From Bacilli bacterium (GTDB lineage Bacteria; Bacillota_I; Bacilli_A; RF39; UBA660), in NCBI GenBank assembly GCA_030602345.1, contig JAUVZX010000002.1, positions 3,639 through 67,638 on the forward strand: a DNA stretch of 64,000 nucleotides, given 5' to 3'. Position numbers and translations under genes: made by a program. A model generated the notes under the pieces. It searched no databases, was not told the DNA's origin, and worked only from the letters and a program-made list of their open reading frames with translations. Every line of letters begins with the position of its first letter. The stretch's first letter is position 1. Shown here in pieces: positions 9,825 through 21,818 of the stretch.

Positions 9825-9887
9825 ACTTTTCTCCTTGTCTTTTATAATTATAATATATTTAGCTTTTTTTTACAAACAAAAAAGGGT

Positions 9888-10241
9888 TTATTCCCCTTCT
9901 TTGACTAATTCTAAAACAACCATTAACGCGTCATCTCCACGTCTCTCTGCTAATTTTAAAATTCTAGTGTAACCACCATTTCTTTTTTCGTATCTTTTTG
10001 CTAAAACATCAAATACTTTTTTAACTGTTTCTTTGTCATTATGCAAGAAGGCCAAAGCTAATCTACGTGAAACAAGTGTATTTTTCTTTCCGTAAGAAAC
10101 CATTTTATCTAACATTTTTCTAACTTCTTTAGCTCTTGTTTCTGTCGTTTGAATTCTCTCATGCATTATCAAATCTTTTGTAAGATTCGCTAACATACTT
10201 CTTCTGTGTTTTGTTGTAACTCCTAATTTACGATAAGCCAT
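9888..10241 (-). CDS. rplQ: 50S ribosomal protein L17
   Basis: MAYRKLG...[15 protein letters not shown]. Confidence 0.99.
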   Translation of the reverse strand: MAYRKLGVTTKHRRSMLANLTKDLIMHERIQTTETRAKEVRKMLDKMVSYGKKNTLVSRRLALAFLHNDKETVKKVFDVLAKRYEKRNGGYTRILKLAERRGDDALMVVLELVKEGE

Positions 10242-10256
10242 ATTATCCTCCTTCTA

Positions 10257-11207
10257 TTAATCTTCTAATCTAAATTCTAAACCTCTATCTTTAATTTTAT
10301 CAATTACTTCTTTTAAAGATTTTTTACCAAGGTTTCTGATTTTTTCCATTTCAGCTTCTGATTTATCAGTTAAATCACGAAGAGTATTTATATCTGCCTT
10401 TTTAAGACAATTGAAAGCTCTTACTGAAAGGTCTAATACTTCAATTGGTTCATCCAATTGTTTTTGTTTAGTATCTTGCTCTTTGGCACTAAAAACTCCA
10501 ACTTTATCTACTAAGTATAACTCTTCTAAATTTTTGAAATGTTCAATTATAATTCTAGAAGCAGTTGCTACAGCTTCTTCCGGTTTCATTGAACCATCTG
10601 TATAAACATTCAAAATTAATTTGTCATAATTAGCATTTTGACCAACACGAGCTGATTCTACATCATAACTTACTCTTTCAATTGGGGTATAAAGAGCGTC
10701 TATTGGAATAAATCCAACTTTTAAGTTAGAAGTAATTTCAGTGTTTTCTGCCGCTGTTACATATCCTCTTCCGTTTGAAATAACTATTTCCATGTCTAAT
10801 TTACCACCTTTTGCCACAGTAGCAATAACTTGATTTTTATTTACTATTTCAATATCAGAATCTATTTCGATATCTCCAGCAGTAACCACTTTTTCTTCAT
10901 TTACATGTAATCTAACAACTTTTAATTCTTTAGAGTGGTTTTTAACAACCACATTTTTTAAATTTAAGATAATCGTTGTAACATCTTCAACAATTCCTTC
11001 TAACGCTTGGAATTCATGCATAGCTCCTTCAACTTTGACGGCTACTATCGCTGAACCAGGCATACTTGATAACATTACTCTTCTAAGAGCATTACCAATT
11101 GTTGTTCCAAACCCTCTTTCAAGTGGTTCTAATTCAAATTTTCCAAAATTGCTGTTTTCTACATATTCAACAACTTTGTATGTTGGTTTTTCAAAATTTA
11201 ACATCAT
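10257..11207 (-). CDS. rpoA: RNA polymerase subunit alpha
   Basis: EPLERGFGTTIGNALRR, LSVRAFNCLK, RNLGKKSL. Confidence 0.99.
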   Translation of the reverse strand: MMLNFEKPTYKVVEYVENSNFGKFELEPLERGFGTTIGNALRRVMLSSMPGSAIVAVKVEGAMHEFQALEGIVEDVTTIILNLKNVVVKNHSKELKVVRLHVNEEKVVTAGDIEIDSDIEIVNKNQVIATVAKGGKLDMEIVISNGRGYVTAAENTEITSNLKVGFIPIDALYTPIERVSYDVESARVGQNANYDKLILNVYTDGSMKPEEAVATASRIIIEHFKNLEELYLVDKVGVFSAKEQDTKQKQLDEPIEVLDLSVRAFNCLKKADINTLRDLTDKSEAEMEKIRNLGKKSLKEVIDKIKDRGLEFRLED

Positions 11208-11224
11208 AATATCATTTACCTTTC

Positions 11225-11608
11225 TTATCCACGTGGGCGTTTTGGTGGACGACATCCATTATGTGGAATTGGAGTAACATCTGTAATTGCAGTGATTTCT
11301 AACCCTGCTGTTTGTAAAGAACGGATTGCTGTCTCACGACCAGAACCTAATCCTTTAACAAATACTTCTACTTTTCTCATTCCCATATCAAAAGCTGCTT
11401 TTCCTGCCGCTTCTGCAGACATACCTGCAGCGAATGGAGTTGATTTTTTACTTCCTTTGAAGCCTAAAGTTCCAGCTGATGCCCAACTAACAGCATTTCC
11501 ATCGTTGTCACTTAATGTAACAATTGTGTTGTTGAAAGTTGAATGGATAAAAGCTTTCCCTTCTGGGACATTCTTTTTGACTTTTCTTTTTCTCGCTTTA
11601 TAAGCCAT
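11225..11608 (-). CDS. rpsK: 30S ribosomal protein S11
   Basis: STFNNTI...KKSTPFAA...[14 protein letters not shown]. Confidence 0.99.
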   Translation of the reverse strand: MAYKARKRKVKKNVPEGKAFIHSTFNNTIVTLSDNDGNAVSWASAGTLGFKGSKKSTPFAAGMSAEAAGKAAFDMGMRKVEVFVKGLGSGRETAIRSLQTAGLEITAITDVTPIPHNGCRPPKRPRG

Positions 11609-11624
11609 TTAAATAACCTCCTTA

Positions 11625-11990
11625 TTATTTTTTCTTATTCGCAATTGTTTTAGCTTTACCTTTTCTTGTACGAGCATTTCTATTAGTTCTTTGCCCTCTT
11701 ACAGGTAAACCTTTTTTGTGACGAACACCTTGATAGGAATTAATTTCCATTTTTGTTTTGATGCTCATGCTGACTTCACGACGAAGATCACCTTCTGTTG
11801 TGTGTTTATTAACTTCATCACGAACTCTATTTAATTCATCATTATCTAGATCGATTGCTTTTTTATTCGGATCAATATTAGCATCTTTTAAAATTTGTTC
11901 TGCTAATGAATTACCGATACCATAAATATATGTTAAAGCTATTACTATTCTTTTATTACTTGGTATATCTACACCTTTTATACGTGCCAT
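11625..11990 (-). CDS. rpsM: 30S ribosomal protein S13
   Basis: MARI.GVDIP...[16 protein letters not shown]. Confidence 0.99.
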   Translation of the reverse strand: MARIKGVDIPSNKRIVIALTYIYGIGNSLAEQILKDANIDPNKKAIDLDNDELNRVRDEVNKHTTEGDLRREVSMSIKTKMEINSYQGVRHKKGLPVRGQRTNRNARTRKGKAKTIANKKK

Positions 11991-12004
11991 TAAAACACCT
12001 CCTA

Positions 12005-12118
12005 TTATCCTTGTCTTTGTTTATGTTTAGGATTTGAGCAAATTACTATTACTTTTCCCTTACGTCTAACTATTTTACATTTATCACATATCTTTTTTAC
12101 TGATGGTCTTACTTTCAT
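12005..12118 (-). CDS. rpmJ: 50S ribosomal protein L36 (below ORF-track cutoff)
   Basis: Manual translation [37 protein letters not shown]. Confidence 0.98.
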   Translation of the reverse strand: MKVRPSVKKICDKCKIVRRKGKVIVICSNPKHKQRQG

Positions 12119-12126
12119 AAATCCTC

Positions 12127-12342
12127 CTACTTTCTATAGGTTATACGCCCACGTGTTAAATCATATGGCGATAGTTCTACTAATACAGTATCACCTGGTA
12201 AAATGCGAATATAGTTCATTCGGATTTTACCAGAAACGTGAGCGACTATAACATGTTTGTTGATCAACTCAACTTTAAAACTACCACCGGGTAAGATATC
12301 TAATACCTTTCCCTCTATTTCAATAATATCATCTTTTGCCAT
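12127..12342 (-). CDS. infA: Translation initiation factor IF-1
   Basis: [29 protein letters not shown]. Confidence 0.99.
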   Translation of the reverse strand: MAKDDIIEIEGKVLDILPGGSFKVELINKHVIVAHVSGKIRMNYIRILPGDTVLVELSPYDLTRGRITYRK

Positions 12343-12346
12343 TTAA

Positions 12347-13090
12347 TCACCTCTTTGTCAAAATTTCATAACCCTCTTTTGTAACTACAATTGTATGTTC
12401 AAAATGGGCAGATGGTTTTTTATCTTTAGTAACAATTGTCCAACCGTCACTTAACATTTTTATCTTTGGACTTTTTAGATTCAGCATAGGTTCTACTGCA
12501 ATTGTCATTCCTTCTTTTAAAATAATTTGAGAATTATTTTTAAAATTAGGAACATCAGGATCTTCATGTAAATTTCTACCAATTCCATGACCAACCAATT
12601 CTTTAACTACACCCAACTTTTTAGAAAGGGCATAATTTTCAATTGCTAATCCTATCTCGTTTAAATAACTACCATCTTTAATAGTTTTTAAACCCTCAAA
12701 TAATGCCTTTTCAGTATGAATTAGCAAATACTCATCTTCATCTTTTATTTTTCCTACGGCGTAGGTCCATGCACTATCAGCATGATAACCTTCGTAAATG
12801 ACTCCGATATCAATTGAAACAATATCTCCATTTTTTATTTTTTTTGATGAAGGCATTCCATGAACTACTTCATCATTAATTGAAACACATATGCTTCCAG
12901 GAAAACCCTGATATCCTTTAAATGAAGGATATCCTTTTTGGCTAACAATATAATTGTATGCTATATCATCTAATTGTTTTGTTGTTATTCCATCTTTCAA
13001 ATGATCTTTTAATAATTGATGAGTATCGTAGACTATCTCGCCTGCTTTTTTCATCAATTTAATTTCATTTGGCTGTTTTACTGTAATCAT
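12347..13090 (-). CDS. map: Methionine aminopeptidase type I
   Basis: SINDEVVHG, GHGIG..LHEDP, AVEPM, SAHFEHT. Confidence 0.98.
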   Translation of the reverse strand: MITVKQPNEIKLMKKAGEIVYDTHQLLKDHLKDGITTKQLDDIAYNYIVSQKGYPSFKGYQGFPGSICVSINDEVVHGMPSSKKIKNGDIVSIDIGVIYEGYHADSAWTYAVGKIKDEDEYLLIHTEKALFEGLKTIKDGSYLNEIGLAIENYALSKKLGVVKELVGHGIGRNLHEDPDVPNFKNNSQIILKEGMTIAVEPMLNLKSPKIKMLSDGWTIVTKDKKPSAHFEHTIVVTKEGYEILTKR

Positions 13091-13730
13091 AATCTTTCTC
13101 CAGAATTTCTTTAACTTGGCTAAATGTCAAATCACTATCTATACTTGTTATAAAGTGCAAGTCGTGATTTTCTCTATAATATTCAATCAATGGTAATGTC
13201 TCATTTTCAAAAGTTCTATATCTTTTAGCAAATGAAATTTCATTATCATCTTCTCTCTGAATTAATTTAACATTACATGTATCACAAATTCCTTCATTGG
13301 TAGGTTTTTGCTTAATAAACGTTTTGTTATAAATTTTATTGCATTCAGGACACATTTGTCTATCTAGAGTTCTCTTTAACGCTTCTTCTTTAGTTAATTC
13401 TAGTACAATTATTTTTCCAAATGGGATTTGTAACTCTTCAAGCAACTCATCATATAGTTTTGCTTGTTCAACAGTTCTTGGAAAGCCATCTAATATATAT
13501 CCATCTTTACAATCATCAAGTAAAACTCTATGCTTTATTAAATTGATAGTTAATCTTGGATCTATTAAATGACCTTTTGCCAACTCTGTTCTTATAAATT
13601 CATCTTTTTTTGCCGCTTCTCTCAAAAGATCTCCTGCTGATATGTGAGGCATATTATAATAACTCGATATCATGGCAGATTGAGTTCCTTTTCCTGAAGC
13701 TGGTGGTGCAATCAAAATTATATTTTTCAT
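13065..13730 (-). CDS. adk: Adenylate kinase (Zn-lid type)
   Basis: PPASGKGTQ, LDGFPRT, CPEC...CDTC lid. Confidence 0.97.
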   Translation of the reverse strand: MKNIILIAPPASGKGTQSAMISSYYNMPHISAGDLLREAAKKDEFIRTELAKGHLIDPRLTINLIKHRVLLDDCKDGYILDGFPRTVEQAKLYDELLEELQIPFGKIIVLELTKEEALKRTLDRQMCPECNKIYNKTFIKQKPTNEGICDTCNVKLIQREDDNEISFAKRYRTFENETLPLIEYYRENHDLHFITSIDSDLTFSQVKEILEKDYDYSKTAK

Positions 13731-14992
13731 TTTCTCTTTCTTCTTTCTTTAGTATAAGTTGTACTTAAAAGTTTCCCTTCAAGTTGTTTGTAACTTTCTA
13801 AAGCAACCCCAACGACAATTAGTAAACTTGTTCCACCAACTGTAACGCTTGCAGGTAATGTTGAAAATAATCCGAATACAATTGGTAATCCCGCTAAAAA
13901 CGCTAAGAATAAAGCACCAACTATTGTAATTCTATTTAATACTGTCTTTAAATATTCATTTGTTTCTTTACCCGGTCTAACCGCTGGTATGAAACCACCA
14001 TTTTTTTGTAGATTTTCAGATAATTCTTTAGGTTTAATTTGTAAAAATGTATAAAAATATGAAAATACTATTATTAATAATACATATAAAACAAATCCTG
14101 TCGCTGATGAAAGCGATAACCAATTATTTATAAATGAACTAACTGATTCATTCTTCATAAAATCCGCTACTAAAGCAGGTGTTGAAACTAAAGACGATGC
14201 GAAGATAACCGGAACAACTCCAGCTGAGTTTAATTTAAATGGAATATAAGTTTGCTTTCCTAAAACACTAGATGATCTATTGGCATATTGAATTTGAATT
14301 CTTCTTTCTGCAAGTTGCACATAGACAACTCCAATTACAACGCCAAAGTATACTAACACATATAATATAAATGCAATTATACCCATAATTCCTGCTGAAC
14401 TAGCTGTTATTCCAGCCCATGCACTAGCAAACATTGTTGGCATACTAGCAATGATCCCTGCCATAATTAGCATTGAAATACCATTACCAAACCCTTTTGC
14501 TGTTATTTGATCTCCCAACCATAATAAGAATGCTGTCCCCGCTGTTAAAATAACAGCAAATTGAACATATTGGAAAACAGATGCATCTTGAAGATAAGTA
14601 AATGAAAACATATACCCTTGAATAAAGGCAAGTGCTATACCTACATATCTAGTAATGGCATTAATCTTTTGTCTTCCGGTTTGACCTTGTTTAGCTAAAT
14701 CAGCTATATAAGGTACTATATCCATTTCTAATAATTGCATGATAATTGAAGCTGTAATATAAGGCATTACTCCTAATGAAAAGATTGAAAACCTCTCCAT
14801 AGCTCCACCACCCATAGCATTTATTAGTTCTAAAAAGCCTAAACTTCTTGTTCCCAAAGCATTTTGATCTATCCCAGGAACAATAATTGCTATTCCTAAT
14901 TTAAAAATAAATAATGCACCAAAAGTAAATAATATTCTTTTTTGCAAGTCTTTATTTTTTGGACTAAATATTTGCAATAATTTAGCAAACAT
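13727..14992 (-). CDS. secY: Preprotein translocase SecY
   Basis: FSLGVMPYITASII, GNGIS, IPAVRPG, GGTSLLIVVGV. Confidence 0.99.
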   Translation of the reverse strand: MFAKLLQIFSPKNKDLQKRILFTFGALFIFKLGIAIIVPGIDQNALGTRSLGFLELINAMGGGAMERFSIFSLGVMPYITASIIMQLLEMDIVPYIADLAKQGQTGRQKINAITRYVGIALAFIQGYMFSFTYLQDASVFQYVQFAVILTAGTAFLLWLGDQITAKGFGNGISMLIMAGIIASMPTMFASAWAGITASSAGIMGIIAFILYVLVYFGVVIGVVYVQLAERRIQIQYANRSSSVLGKQTYIPFKLNSAGVVPVIFASSLVSTPALVADFMKNESVSSFINNWLSLSSATGFVLYVLLIIVFSYFYTFLQIKPKELSENLQKNGGFIPAVRPGKETNEYLKTVLNRITIVGALFLAFLAGLPIVFGLFSTLPASVTVGGTSLLIVVGVALESYKQLEGKLLSTTYTKERRKRK

Positions 14993-14993
14993 A

Positions 14994-15437
14994 TTAGATC
15001 ACCTCTGCTTTTCCACCTAATTTTTCTATTTGTTCTTTTGCTTCTTTTGAAAATTTATTGGCTTGAACATGTAACTTTTTCTCTAAAGTTCCATTTCCTA
15101 ACACTTTAACTCCATCTAATTGTTGTTTTAAAAGACCCATTTCTTTTAAAATTTCTGGAGTTACTGTTGCTTCGTTATCAAATTTATTTAAATCATCTAA
15201 GTTAATAACTGCATAAGTTGTTTTAAACTTAGCATTGCTAAAACCTCTTTTAGGTAATCTTTTGAATAAAGGTAATTGTCCACCTTCGAACATTGGACCT
15301 TTTCCACCACCACTACGAGCTTTTTGCCCTTTGTGACCTTTACCTGATGTTTTACCAAGACCACTACCAACACCGCGACCAAGTCTTTTACGTTCTTTAG
15401 TAGCTCCTGGATGCGCTTTTATCTCATGTAATTTCAT
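14994..15437 (-). CDS. rplO: 50S ribosomal protein L15
   Basis: [29 protein letters not shown]. Confidence 0.99.
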   Translation of the reverse strand: MKLHEIKAHPGATKERKRLGRGVGSGLGKTSGKGHKGQKARSGGGKGPMFEGGQLPLFKRLPKRGFSNAKFKTTYAVINLDDLNKFDNEATVTPEILKEMGLLKQQLDGVKVLGNGTLEKKLHVQANKFSKEAKEQIEKLGGKAEVI

Positions 15438-15438
15438 A

Positions 15439-15948
15439 TTATAAAATCTCCTCTACTGTTTTTCCACGTAATTTAGCAACATGGCTAGCTGTTCTTTGTG
15501 ATTTTAGAGCATTTAAAGTAGCATATGCAACGTTTAATTTAGTATTAGACCCTAGAGATTTAGAAAGTACATCTTTAACTCCAGCTAATTCTAAAACCGA
15601 ACGAACAGCACCACCAGCTTTTACTCCAGTACCTTTAGAAGCAGGTTTCAACATAATTTTACTTGCTCCTTGTTCACCAAATGCTTCATGAGGAATTGTA
15701 CTCTCATTAACAATTGGTACTTTAATTACATTTTTTGTAGCAGATTGAACAGCTTTTTTAATAGCATCTTGAACTTCATTAGCTTTTCCTGTTCCTATTC
15801 CAACAGTTCCATTACGATCTCCTACAACGGCTACCGCAGCAAAACGGAATGTACGTCCACCTTTTGTTACTTTAGTAACACGACCAACATTAATTATTTC
15901 TTCGTCGTATAACTTAGGTTGTTTTGGTTCTCTCATTCTCTTTTCCAT
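15439..15948 (-). CDS. rpsE: 30S ribosomal protein S5
   Basis: [21 protein letters not shown]. Confidence 0.99.
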   Translation of the reverse strand: MEKRMREPKQPKLYDEEIINVGRVTKVTKGGRTFRFAAVAVVGDRNGTVGIGTGKANEVQDAIKKAVQSATKNVIKVPIVNESTIPHEAFGEQGASKIMLKPASKGTGVKAGGAVRSVLELAGVKDVLSKSLGSNTKLNVAYATLNALKSQRTASHVAKLRGKTVEEIL

Positions 15949-15956
15949 ATTGCCTC

Positions 15957-16319
15957 CTAAAATTCTAATCCATTTGCACGAGCTGCATCCGCTAATGCTT
16001 TAACACGACCGTGATATTGGTATCCACCTCTATCAAAAGTCACTTTTGTTATTTTTGCTTTTTTTGCTCTCTTAGCAAGTAATTCACCAACTTTAGTAGC
16101 AGCTTCTACATTACCACCATTTTCAAGTTTTAATTCCTTGTCAATTGATGAAGCACTAACTAGAGTAACGGCATTCTTATCATCTATGATTTGAGCAAAA
16201 ATATTTTGATTTGATCTAAAGACATTTAAACGTGGAATTTCAGTTGTTCCCACAACTTTTTCACGAATTCTCTCATGTCTTGCTTTACGTAATTCATTAC
16301 GTGATTTCTTTAATATCAT
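15957..16319 (-). CDS. rplR: 50S ribosomal protein L18
   Basis: [24 protein letters not shown]. Confidence 0.99.
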   Translation of the reverse strand: MILKKSRNELRKARHERIREKVVGTTEIPRLNVFRSNQNIFAQIIDDKNAVTLVSASSIDKELKLENGGNVEAATKVGELLAKRAKKAKITKVTFDRGGYQYHGRVKALADAARANGLEF

Positions 16320-16344
16320 AGCAATTCTCCTTTACTTTATTGCT

Positions 16345-16875
16345 TTACGCTGCTTTCTTTCCTTCTTTACGAATAATAACTTCGTCTTTATATCTAATTC
16401 CTTTTCCTTTATAAGGTTCAGGTTTTCTTATTTTACGAACATTTGCAGCAAATTCGCCAACAAGAATTTTATCAATTCCTCTTATAGTTAATTCTGTATT
16501 GCTTGGTGATTCCAAAGCGATACCTGAAGGAATTTCCATCTCTACAGGATGTGAATATCCTGCTGTTACTACTAATTTTTCTCCTTTTAGAGCAAAACGA
16601 TAACCAACACCAACAGATTCTAATTTCTTTTCAAAACCATCTGTTACACCAATAATTAAATTTTTAATATTAGCGTTTGCTGTTCCGTGGAAATTTTTTA
16701 CACTATCATTTTCTCTAGTTGTAACTAATTTTCCTTCTTCAATAACAACATTTATTTTTGGATTGATTTCTGTAGAAAGTTCTCCCTTTGGTCCTTTAAC
16801 TGTAACAACACTGTTATTTACCGTTATACTAACTCCATTTGGAATAATTAGTTCTCTATTTCCTATACGACTCAT
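16345..16875 (-). CDS. rplF: 50S ribosomal protein L6
   Basis: MSRIG...RKPEPYKGKGIRY. Confidence 0.99.
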   Translation of the reverse strand: MSRIGNRELIIPNGVSITVNNSVVTVKGPKGELSTEINPKINVVIEEGKLVTTRENDSVKNFHGTANANIKNLIIGVTDGFEKKLESVGVGYRFALKGEKLVVTAGYSHPVEMEIPSGIALESPSNTELTIRGIDKILVGEFAANVRKIRKPEPYKGKGIRYKDEVIIRKEGKKAA

Positions 16876-16890
16876 AATTATACCTTCTTT

Positions 16891-17289
16891 CTACCATATG
16901 TAAGCTAAAACTTCGCCACCTAAGTTTTCTTGTTTAGCTTGTTTTCCAGTCATAACACCTTTTGATGTTGAAACGATTGAAATTCCAAGTCCATTTAAAA
17001 CTTTTGGTAATTCTTCTGATTTAGCGTATACACGTAGTCCTGGTTTAGAAATTCTTTTTAAACCTGTAATTACGCGTTCTTTATTTGAATATTTTAAAGT
17101 TAAAACAATTACTTCTTCAACTTCTTTTTTGTTTAATTTATATTCTGATATAAATCCTTCTTCTTTTAAAATTCTCGCGATCTCTAACTTCATTTTTGAA
17201 GCGGGAACTTCAACTTGATTAGCTCTCATTTGATTTGCATTACGAATTCTCGTAAGCATATCTGCGATTGGATCAGTTACTACTGTCAT
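16891..17289 (-). CDS. rpsH: 30S ribosomal protein S8
   Basis: [30 protein letters not shown]. Confidence 0.99.
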   Translation of the reverse strand: MTVVTDPIADMLTRIRNANQMRANQVEVPASKMKLEIARILKEEGFISEYKLNKKEVEEVIVLTLKYSNKERVITGLKRISKPGLRVYAKSEELPKVLNGLGISIVSTSKGVMTGKQAKQENLGGEVLAYIW

Positions 17290-17306
17290 ATTATCCTCCC
17301 TTCGAT

Positions 17307-17492
17307 TTACCAGCTTGATTTTTTCATGCCTGGTATTTGTCCTTTATAAGCTAGTTCTCTGAAACATATACGGCATACACCATATTTACTCAAAACAGCA
17401 TGTGGTCTTCCACACTTAGTACATCTGCTGTACTGTCTTACTTTGAACTTTGGTTCCCTACTAGCTTTTACTATCATGCTTTTTTTAGCCAT
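17307..17492 (-). CDS. rpsN: 30S ribosomal protein S14 (Zn-binding type Z)
   Basis: RC.KCGRP...CRICFRE. Confidence 0.99.
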   Translation of the reverse strand: MAKKSMIVKASREPKFKVRQYSRCTKCGRPHAVLSKYGVCRICFRELAYKGQIPGMKKSSW

Positions 17493-17515
17493 TATTCTAT
17501 ATCCTCCCTTTAGAG

Positions 17516-18055
17516 TTATTTCTTAAACGGCATACCAAAGCCTTTTAAGAGATCGTACGCTTCTTCATTTGTTTTAGCTGTTGTTACAAATACAACATCC
17601 ATACCACGCACTTTAACTACATCATCATATTCTATTTCCGAGAAAATTAATTGTTCTGTTAAACCTAAAGTATAATTTCCACGTCCATCAAATGATTTAT
17701 TTGATATTCCTCTGAAATCTTTTACCCTTGGTAATGTAATACTAATTAGTTTATCCAAAAAGTTATACATTTTTTCTCCTCTTAAAGTTACTTTGCAACC
17801 AATTGGTTGATTTTCTCTAAGTTTGAAACCCGCTATTGCTTTTTTAGCTAAAGTTTTAACTCCTCTTTGTCCTGTTATAACTTGTAAGTCGTTCATTGCT
17901 GCATCAATTAATTTTGAATTAGTTGTTGCATCACCAACTCCAATATTTATAACAATCTTGTCAAGTTTAGGAGCTTCCATAACTGATTTATAGTTATATT
18001 TTTCTTTCAAACTCGGTACTATTTCTTTATTATATTTTTCTTTTAGGCGGTTCAT
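17516..18055 (-). CDS. rplE: 50S ribosomal protein L5
   Basis: [22 protein letters not shown]. Confidence 0.99.
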   Translation of the reverse strand: MNRLKEKYNKEIVPSLKEKYNYKSVMEAPKLDKIVINIGVGDATTNSKLIDAAMNDLQVITGQRGVKTLAKKAIAGFKLRENQPIGCKVTLRGEKMYNFLDKLISITLPRVKDFRGISNKSFDGRGNYTLGLTEQLIFSEIEYDDVVKVRGMDVVFVTTAKTNEEAYDLLKGFGMPFKK

Positions 18056-18069
18056 TCTGTTCCTCCTTC

Positions 18070-18378
18070 TTAATCTATTTTCTCGTTAGATTTTTTGGCA
18101 ACTCTAACTTTGTTACCTTTTTTGTCGATTGTATGCCCGATTCTCGTTCTAACTTTTGCTTTAGGATCAATGTGCATCACATTTGATACATGAACTGGAG
18201 CTTCACGGTCTACAATGCTTCCCGGTGTTTGTCCATTAGGTTTAATAGTTTTTTTAACCATATTAATACCTTCTACGACTACTTTATTATCATTTCTTAA
18301 AATTGTTGTGATTTTTCCTTCTTTACCACGATCTTTCCCCGTGATAACAACAACTTTATCTCCTACTTTAAAATTCAT
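18070..18378 (-). CDS. rplX: 50S ribosomal protein L24
   Basis: KOW motif [22 protein letters not shown]. Confidence 0.99.
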   Translation of the reverse strand: MNFKVGDKVVVITGKDRGKEGKITTILRNDNKVVVEGINMVKKTIKPNGQTPGSIVDREAPVHVSNVMHIDPKAKVRTRIGHTIDKKGNKVRVAKKSNEKID

Positions 18379-18387
18379 GCATACCTC

Positions 18388-18756
18388 CTATAACACTTCT
18401 TTAGCTAGTGATATAATTTTCATATAATCTTTATCACGTAACTCACGCGCTACTGGTCCAAATACACGAGTTCCATAAGGACTCTTGTCTTCTTTGATAA
18501 GAACGCAAGCGTTGTCATCAAATTTGATGTATGAACCATCGTCACGTCTTAAACCTTGTTTTGTTCTAACGATTACCGCTTTAACAACTTTACTTTTTGG
18601 TACAGTACCATTAGTTGTAGCTTTTTTTACTGTACCCACTACTACATCACCGATATTACCGGTTTTAACTTTGCTTCCACCAAGAACACGAATTACCATT
18701 ATTTCACGTGCTCCAGAGTTGTCAGCAACTTTTAAAATACTTTGTTGTTGAACCAT
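18388..18756 (-). CDS. rplN: 50S ribosomal protein L14
   Basis: [26 protein letters not shown]. Confidence 0.99.
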   Translation of the reverse strand: MVQQQSILKVADNSGAREIMVIRVLGGSKVKTGNIGDVVVGTVKKATTNGTVPKSKVVKAVIVRTKQGLRRDDGSYIKFDDNACVLIKEDKSPYGTRVFGPVARELRDKDYMKIISLAKEVL

Positions 18757-18778
18757 TTTACTTCCTCCTTTGCGTCAA

Positions 18779-19039
18779 TTATAAAATAATTGCTTTCTCA
18801 ATGATTTCGACTAAACGAAAACGTTTTGTTCTTGATAATGGTCTTGTTTCAACGATTAAAACTTTATCGCCTTCTTTTGCTTGATTTAGTTCATCATGTG
18901 CATAATATTTTTTAGAATATTTAACACGTTTTTTGTATAATGGGTGAGTTTTATAAGTTTCAACTAAAACTGTAATAGTTTTGTCGCTTTTAGCACTTAC
19001 TACTTTACCAATAAATTCTTGTGCACTTCTCTTATTCAT
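18779..19039 (-). CDS. rpsQ: 30S ribosomal protein S17
   Basis: [20 protein letters not shown]. Confidence 0.99.
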   Translation of the reverse strand: MNKRSAQEFIGKVVSAKSDKTITVLVETYKTHPLYKKRVKYSKKYYAHDELNQAKEGDKVLIVETRPLSRTKRFRLVEIIEKAIIL

Positions 19040-19051
19040 GTTTTCCTCCCC

Positions 19052-19249
19052 TTAATCTTTCTTCATTTCGCGTTCATGAATGATTGTTTTCATTCTTGCG
19101 ACCATTTTTCTTAATTCTCTAATTCTTGAAGGTTTTTCAAGACTTCCAGTAGCTTGACTAAAACGTAAATTAAATAATTCTTCTTTATATTCTTCAATTT
19201 TATTCAATAATTCTATATTAGATAATTCTCTAATTTCGTTATTCTTCAT
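19052..19249 (-). CDS. rpmC: 50S ribosomal protein L29
   Basis: ELFNLRF..ATG.L. Confidence 0.98.
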   Translation of the reverse strand: MKNNEIRELSNIELLNKIEEYKEELFNLRFSQATGSLEKPSRIRELRKMVARMKTIIHEREMKKD

Positions 19250-19670
19250 TAGCCTCACCACTTTCTTTTTTCACAAATTTACATTTGATTGGTAACTTGT
19301 GCATTGCAAGACGTAAAGCTTCTCTAGCTACTTCTTCTTCCACACCCGCTATTTCAAACATAATTTTATTTTTCTTAACAACAGCTACCCATAATTCTGG
19401 AGTACCTTTACCTTTACCCATACGTGTTTCTAATGGAATTCTAGTTAATGATAAGTGTGGAAAAATATTTATCCAAACTTTTCCGCCACGTTTCATATAT
19501 CTAGTCATCGCAACACGCGCTGATTCGATTTGTTGTTGTGTTATCCATGCCCCTTCAAGAGCCATTAAACCATATTCTCCTTGGTTTAACTTTGTGTTAC
19601 CCCTTGCATTTCCTTCGTAAGAAAGGCGATGAGGTCTACGATATTTAGTTCTCTTTGGTATTAATGCCAT
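19239..19670 (-). CDS. rplP: 50S ribosomal protein L16
   Basis: [19 protein letters not shown]. Confidence 0.99.
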   Translation of the reverse strand: MALIPKRTKYRRPHRLSYEGNARGNTKLNQGEYGLMALEGAWITQQQIESARVAMTRYMKRGGKVWINIFPHLSLTRIPLETRMGKGKGTPELWVAVVKKNKIMFEIAGVEEEVAREALRLAMHKLPIKCKFVKKESGEANEE

Positions 19671-20322
19671 TTTCCTTGCCTCCCTTTTTCTTACTTGGAA
19701 GGATTTCACCTTTATATATCCACACTTTTACTCCGATTTTTCCAAACGTAGTATCAGCTTCTTTGATTGAATAATCAATATCTGCTCTTAAAGTATGAAG
19801 TGGAACCATTCCCTCAGTATAACCTTCACTTCTAGCAATGTCTGCACCACCTAGACGGCCAGAAACTAAAGTTTTTATACCTTTTGCTCCGGCTTTCATT
19901 GTATTTCTAATAGCTCTTTTTTGAGCCACTCTAAACGAAACACGGTTTTCGATTTGACGAGCTATGCCTTCGGCTACTAATGCTGCATCTAAATCTGGAT
20001 TTTTAACTTCCATAATAGAGATTTGAATGTTTTCGTCAACTAATTTAACTAATTCTTTTCTCATCTTTTCAATTTCTGCTCCACCATGTCCGATTACAAC
20101 ACCTGGTTTAGCTGTATTGATAATTACTTCTGTTTTTTTACTATTTCTTTCTATTAAAATACTAGAAACAGCTGCATCTTTAAGATTTTTCTCTAAAAAT
20201 TTTCTTATTAGAACATCATTTTTTAGAAATTTAGCAAAATCTTTATTACTCGCGAACCATTTAGATTCCCAAGTTTTATTAATTCCGATTCTAAGTCCTA
20301 CTGGACTAACTTTTTGTCCCAT
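19645..20322 (-). CDS. rpsC: 30S ribosomal protein S3
   Basis: [31 protein letters not shown]. Confidence 0.99.
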   Translation of the reverse strand: MGQKVSPVGLRIGINKTWESKWFASNKDFAKFLKNDVLIRKFLEKNLKDAAVSSILIERNSKKTEVIINTAKPGVVIGHGGAEIEKMRKELVKLVDENIQISIMEVKNPDLDAALVAEGIARQIENRVSFRVAQKRAIRNTMKAGAKGIKTLVSGRLGGADIARSEGYTEGMVPLHTLRADIDYSIKEADTTFGKIGVKVWIYKGEILPSKKKGGKENGINTKEN

Positions 20323-20337
20323 TAATTCCCTCCTTTG

Positions 20338-20673
20338 CTAATTTCTTTCACTAACGACTACTGTTATGTGACTTGTTCTTTTTTTAATAGGTGATGCGTA
20401 TCCTCTTGGACCCGCTTTCACTCTTTTCATCACTTTTCCTTCGTTAGCTACTACATAACTTACGTATAAGTTTTCTTTATTTAATTTATTGTTGTTTTCT
20501 GCGTTAGCTACAGCTGACGTTAAAACTTTCCTAACAACTCTTGCCGCTTCTTTATTCAAGTGAGCAAGAATTCTATCAGCTTCTGCAACGTCTTTCCCTC
20601 TAATTAGATCTATCACCAATCTAGCTTTTCTTGGGGGAACTCTAACTCCTTTAGCAATTGCTTTTGCTTCCAT
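20338..20673 (-). CDS. rplV: 50S ribosomal protein L22
   Basis: [30 protein letters not shown]. Confidence 0.99.
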   Translation of the reverse strand: MEAKAIAKGVRVPPRKARLVIDLIRGKDVAEADRILAHLNKEAARVVRKVLTSAVANAENNNKLNKENLYVSYVVANEGKVMKRVKAGPRGYASPIKKRTSHITVVVSERN

Positions 20674-20697
20674 TCTCAGTACCTCCTACACTATTCT

Positions 20698-20961
20698 CTA
20701 TTTCTGATTTCCGTGTCCGCCAAATTTACGTGTCGGAACGAATTCGCCAAGTTTGTGACCAACCATTTCTTCAGTTACATATACTGGAATAAATTCTTTT
20801 CCATTATGAACTGCAAAAGTGTGCCCAATAAAATTTGGATAAATTGTAGAACGGCGTGACCAAGTTTTGATTACTTCTTTTTTTCCTGAAAGAGTTACTT
20901 TTTCTACTTTATTCTTTAAATGTTCATCAATGAACGGTCCTTTTTTTAAACTTCTTGCCAT
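20698..20961 (-). CDS. rpsS: 30S ribosomal protein S19
   Basis: [28 protein letters not shown]. Confidence 0.99.
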   Translation of the reverse strand: MARSLKKGPFIDEHLKNKVEKVTLSGKKEVIKTWSRRSTIYPNFIGHTFAVHNGKEFIPVYVTEEMVGHKLGEFVPTRKFGGHGNQK

Positions 20962-20975
20962 TTAAACTATCCTCC

Positions 20976-21806
20976 CTATTTCGCACGGCGACGAACAATT
21001 AGCTTGTTAGACGCTTTCTTAGTATCTCTTGTCTTATATCCAAGAGCTGGTTTACCCCAAGGTGTAACCGGACCAGAACGACCAATAGGCGCTCTACCTT
21101 CACCACCACCATGAGGGTGATCATTTGGATTCATAACAGAACCACGAACTGTAGGTTTAATACCCATGTGACGTTTACGTCCTGCTTTACCATAATTAAT
21201 TAATTCATGATCTTCATTTCCAACAACACCAACTGTTGCACGGCATACACTTAGAACTTTTCTAACTTCGCCACTGCTCAATCTTAATAATGTATGTCTT
21301 CCTTCATTTCCTAGAATTTGAACACTGCTCCCTGCCGAACGAGCCATTTGGCCACCTTTTCCAGGTTTTAATTCAACGTTATGAACAAATGTTCCTTCGG
21401 GAATATTTGATAAAGGTAAACTATTACCAACTTTAATGTCTGCTGCTGTACCGCTTTCGATTTTATCTCCAACGTTTAATCCTTTAGGAGCAAGAATGTA
21501 TCTTTTTTCTCCATCCGCATAAGATATTAAAGCTATGTTTGATGTTCTATTTGGATCATATTCTATTGCTGTTACTGTACCAATAATTCCATCTTTATTT
21601 CTAATAAAGTCGATGATTCTATACTTTCTTTTAGCACCACCACCACGATGTCTTACTGTGATTTGTCCAGTGTTATTACGTCCACCAGATTTTTTTAAAG
21701 TAACAACTAATGACTTCTCAGGACTTTTCTTACTTAATTGTTTGTTTACCAAAGTTGTCATTCCTCTTAAACCAGGTGTAACTGGTTTGTAACTTTTTAT
21801 AGCCAT
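20976..21806 (-). CDS. rplB: 50S ribosomal protein L2
   Basis: [24 protein letters not shown]. Confidence 0.99.
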   Translation of the reverse strand: MAIKSYKPVTPGLRGMTTLVNKQLSKKSPEKSLVVTLKKSGGRNNTGQITVRHRGGGAKRKYRIIDFIRNKDGIIGTVTAIEYDPNRTSNIALISYADGEKRYILAPKGLNVGDKIESGTAADIKVGNSLPLSNIPEGTFVHNVELKPGKGGQMARSAGSSVQILGNEGRHTLLRLSSGEVRKVLSVCRATVGVVGNEDHELINYGKAGRKRHMGIKPTVRGSVMNPNDHPHGGGEGRAPIGRSGPVTPWGKPALGYKTRDTKKASNKLIVRRRAK

Positions 21807-21818
21807 AAAGTCCTCCTT

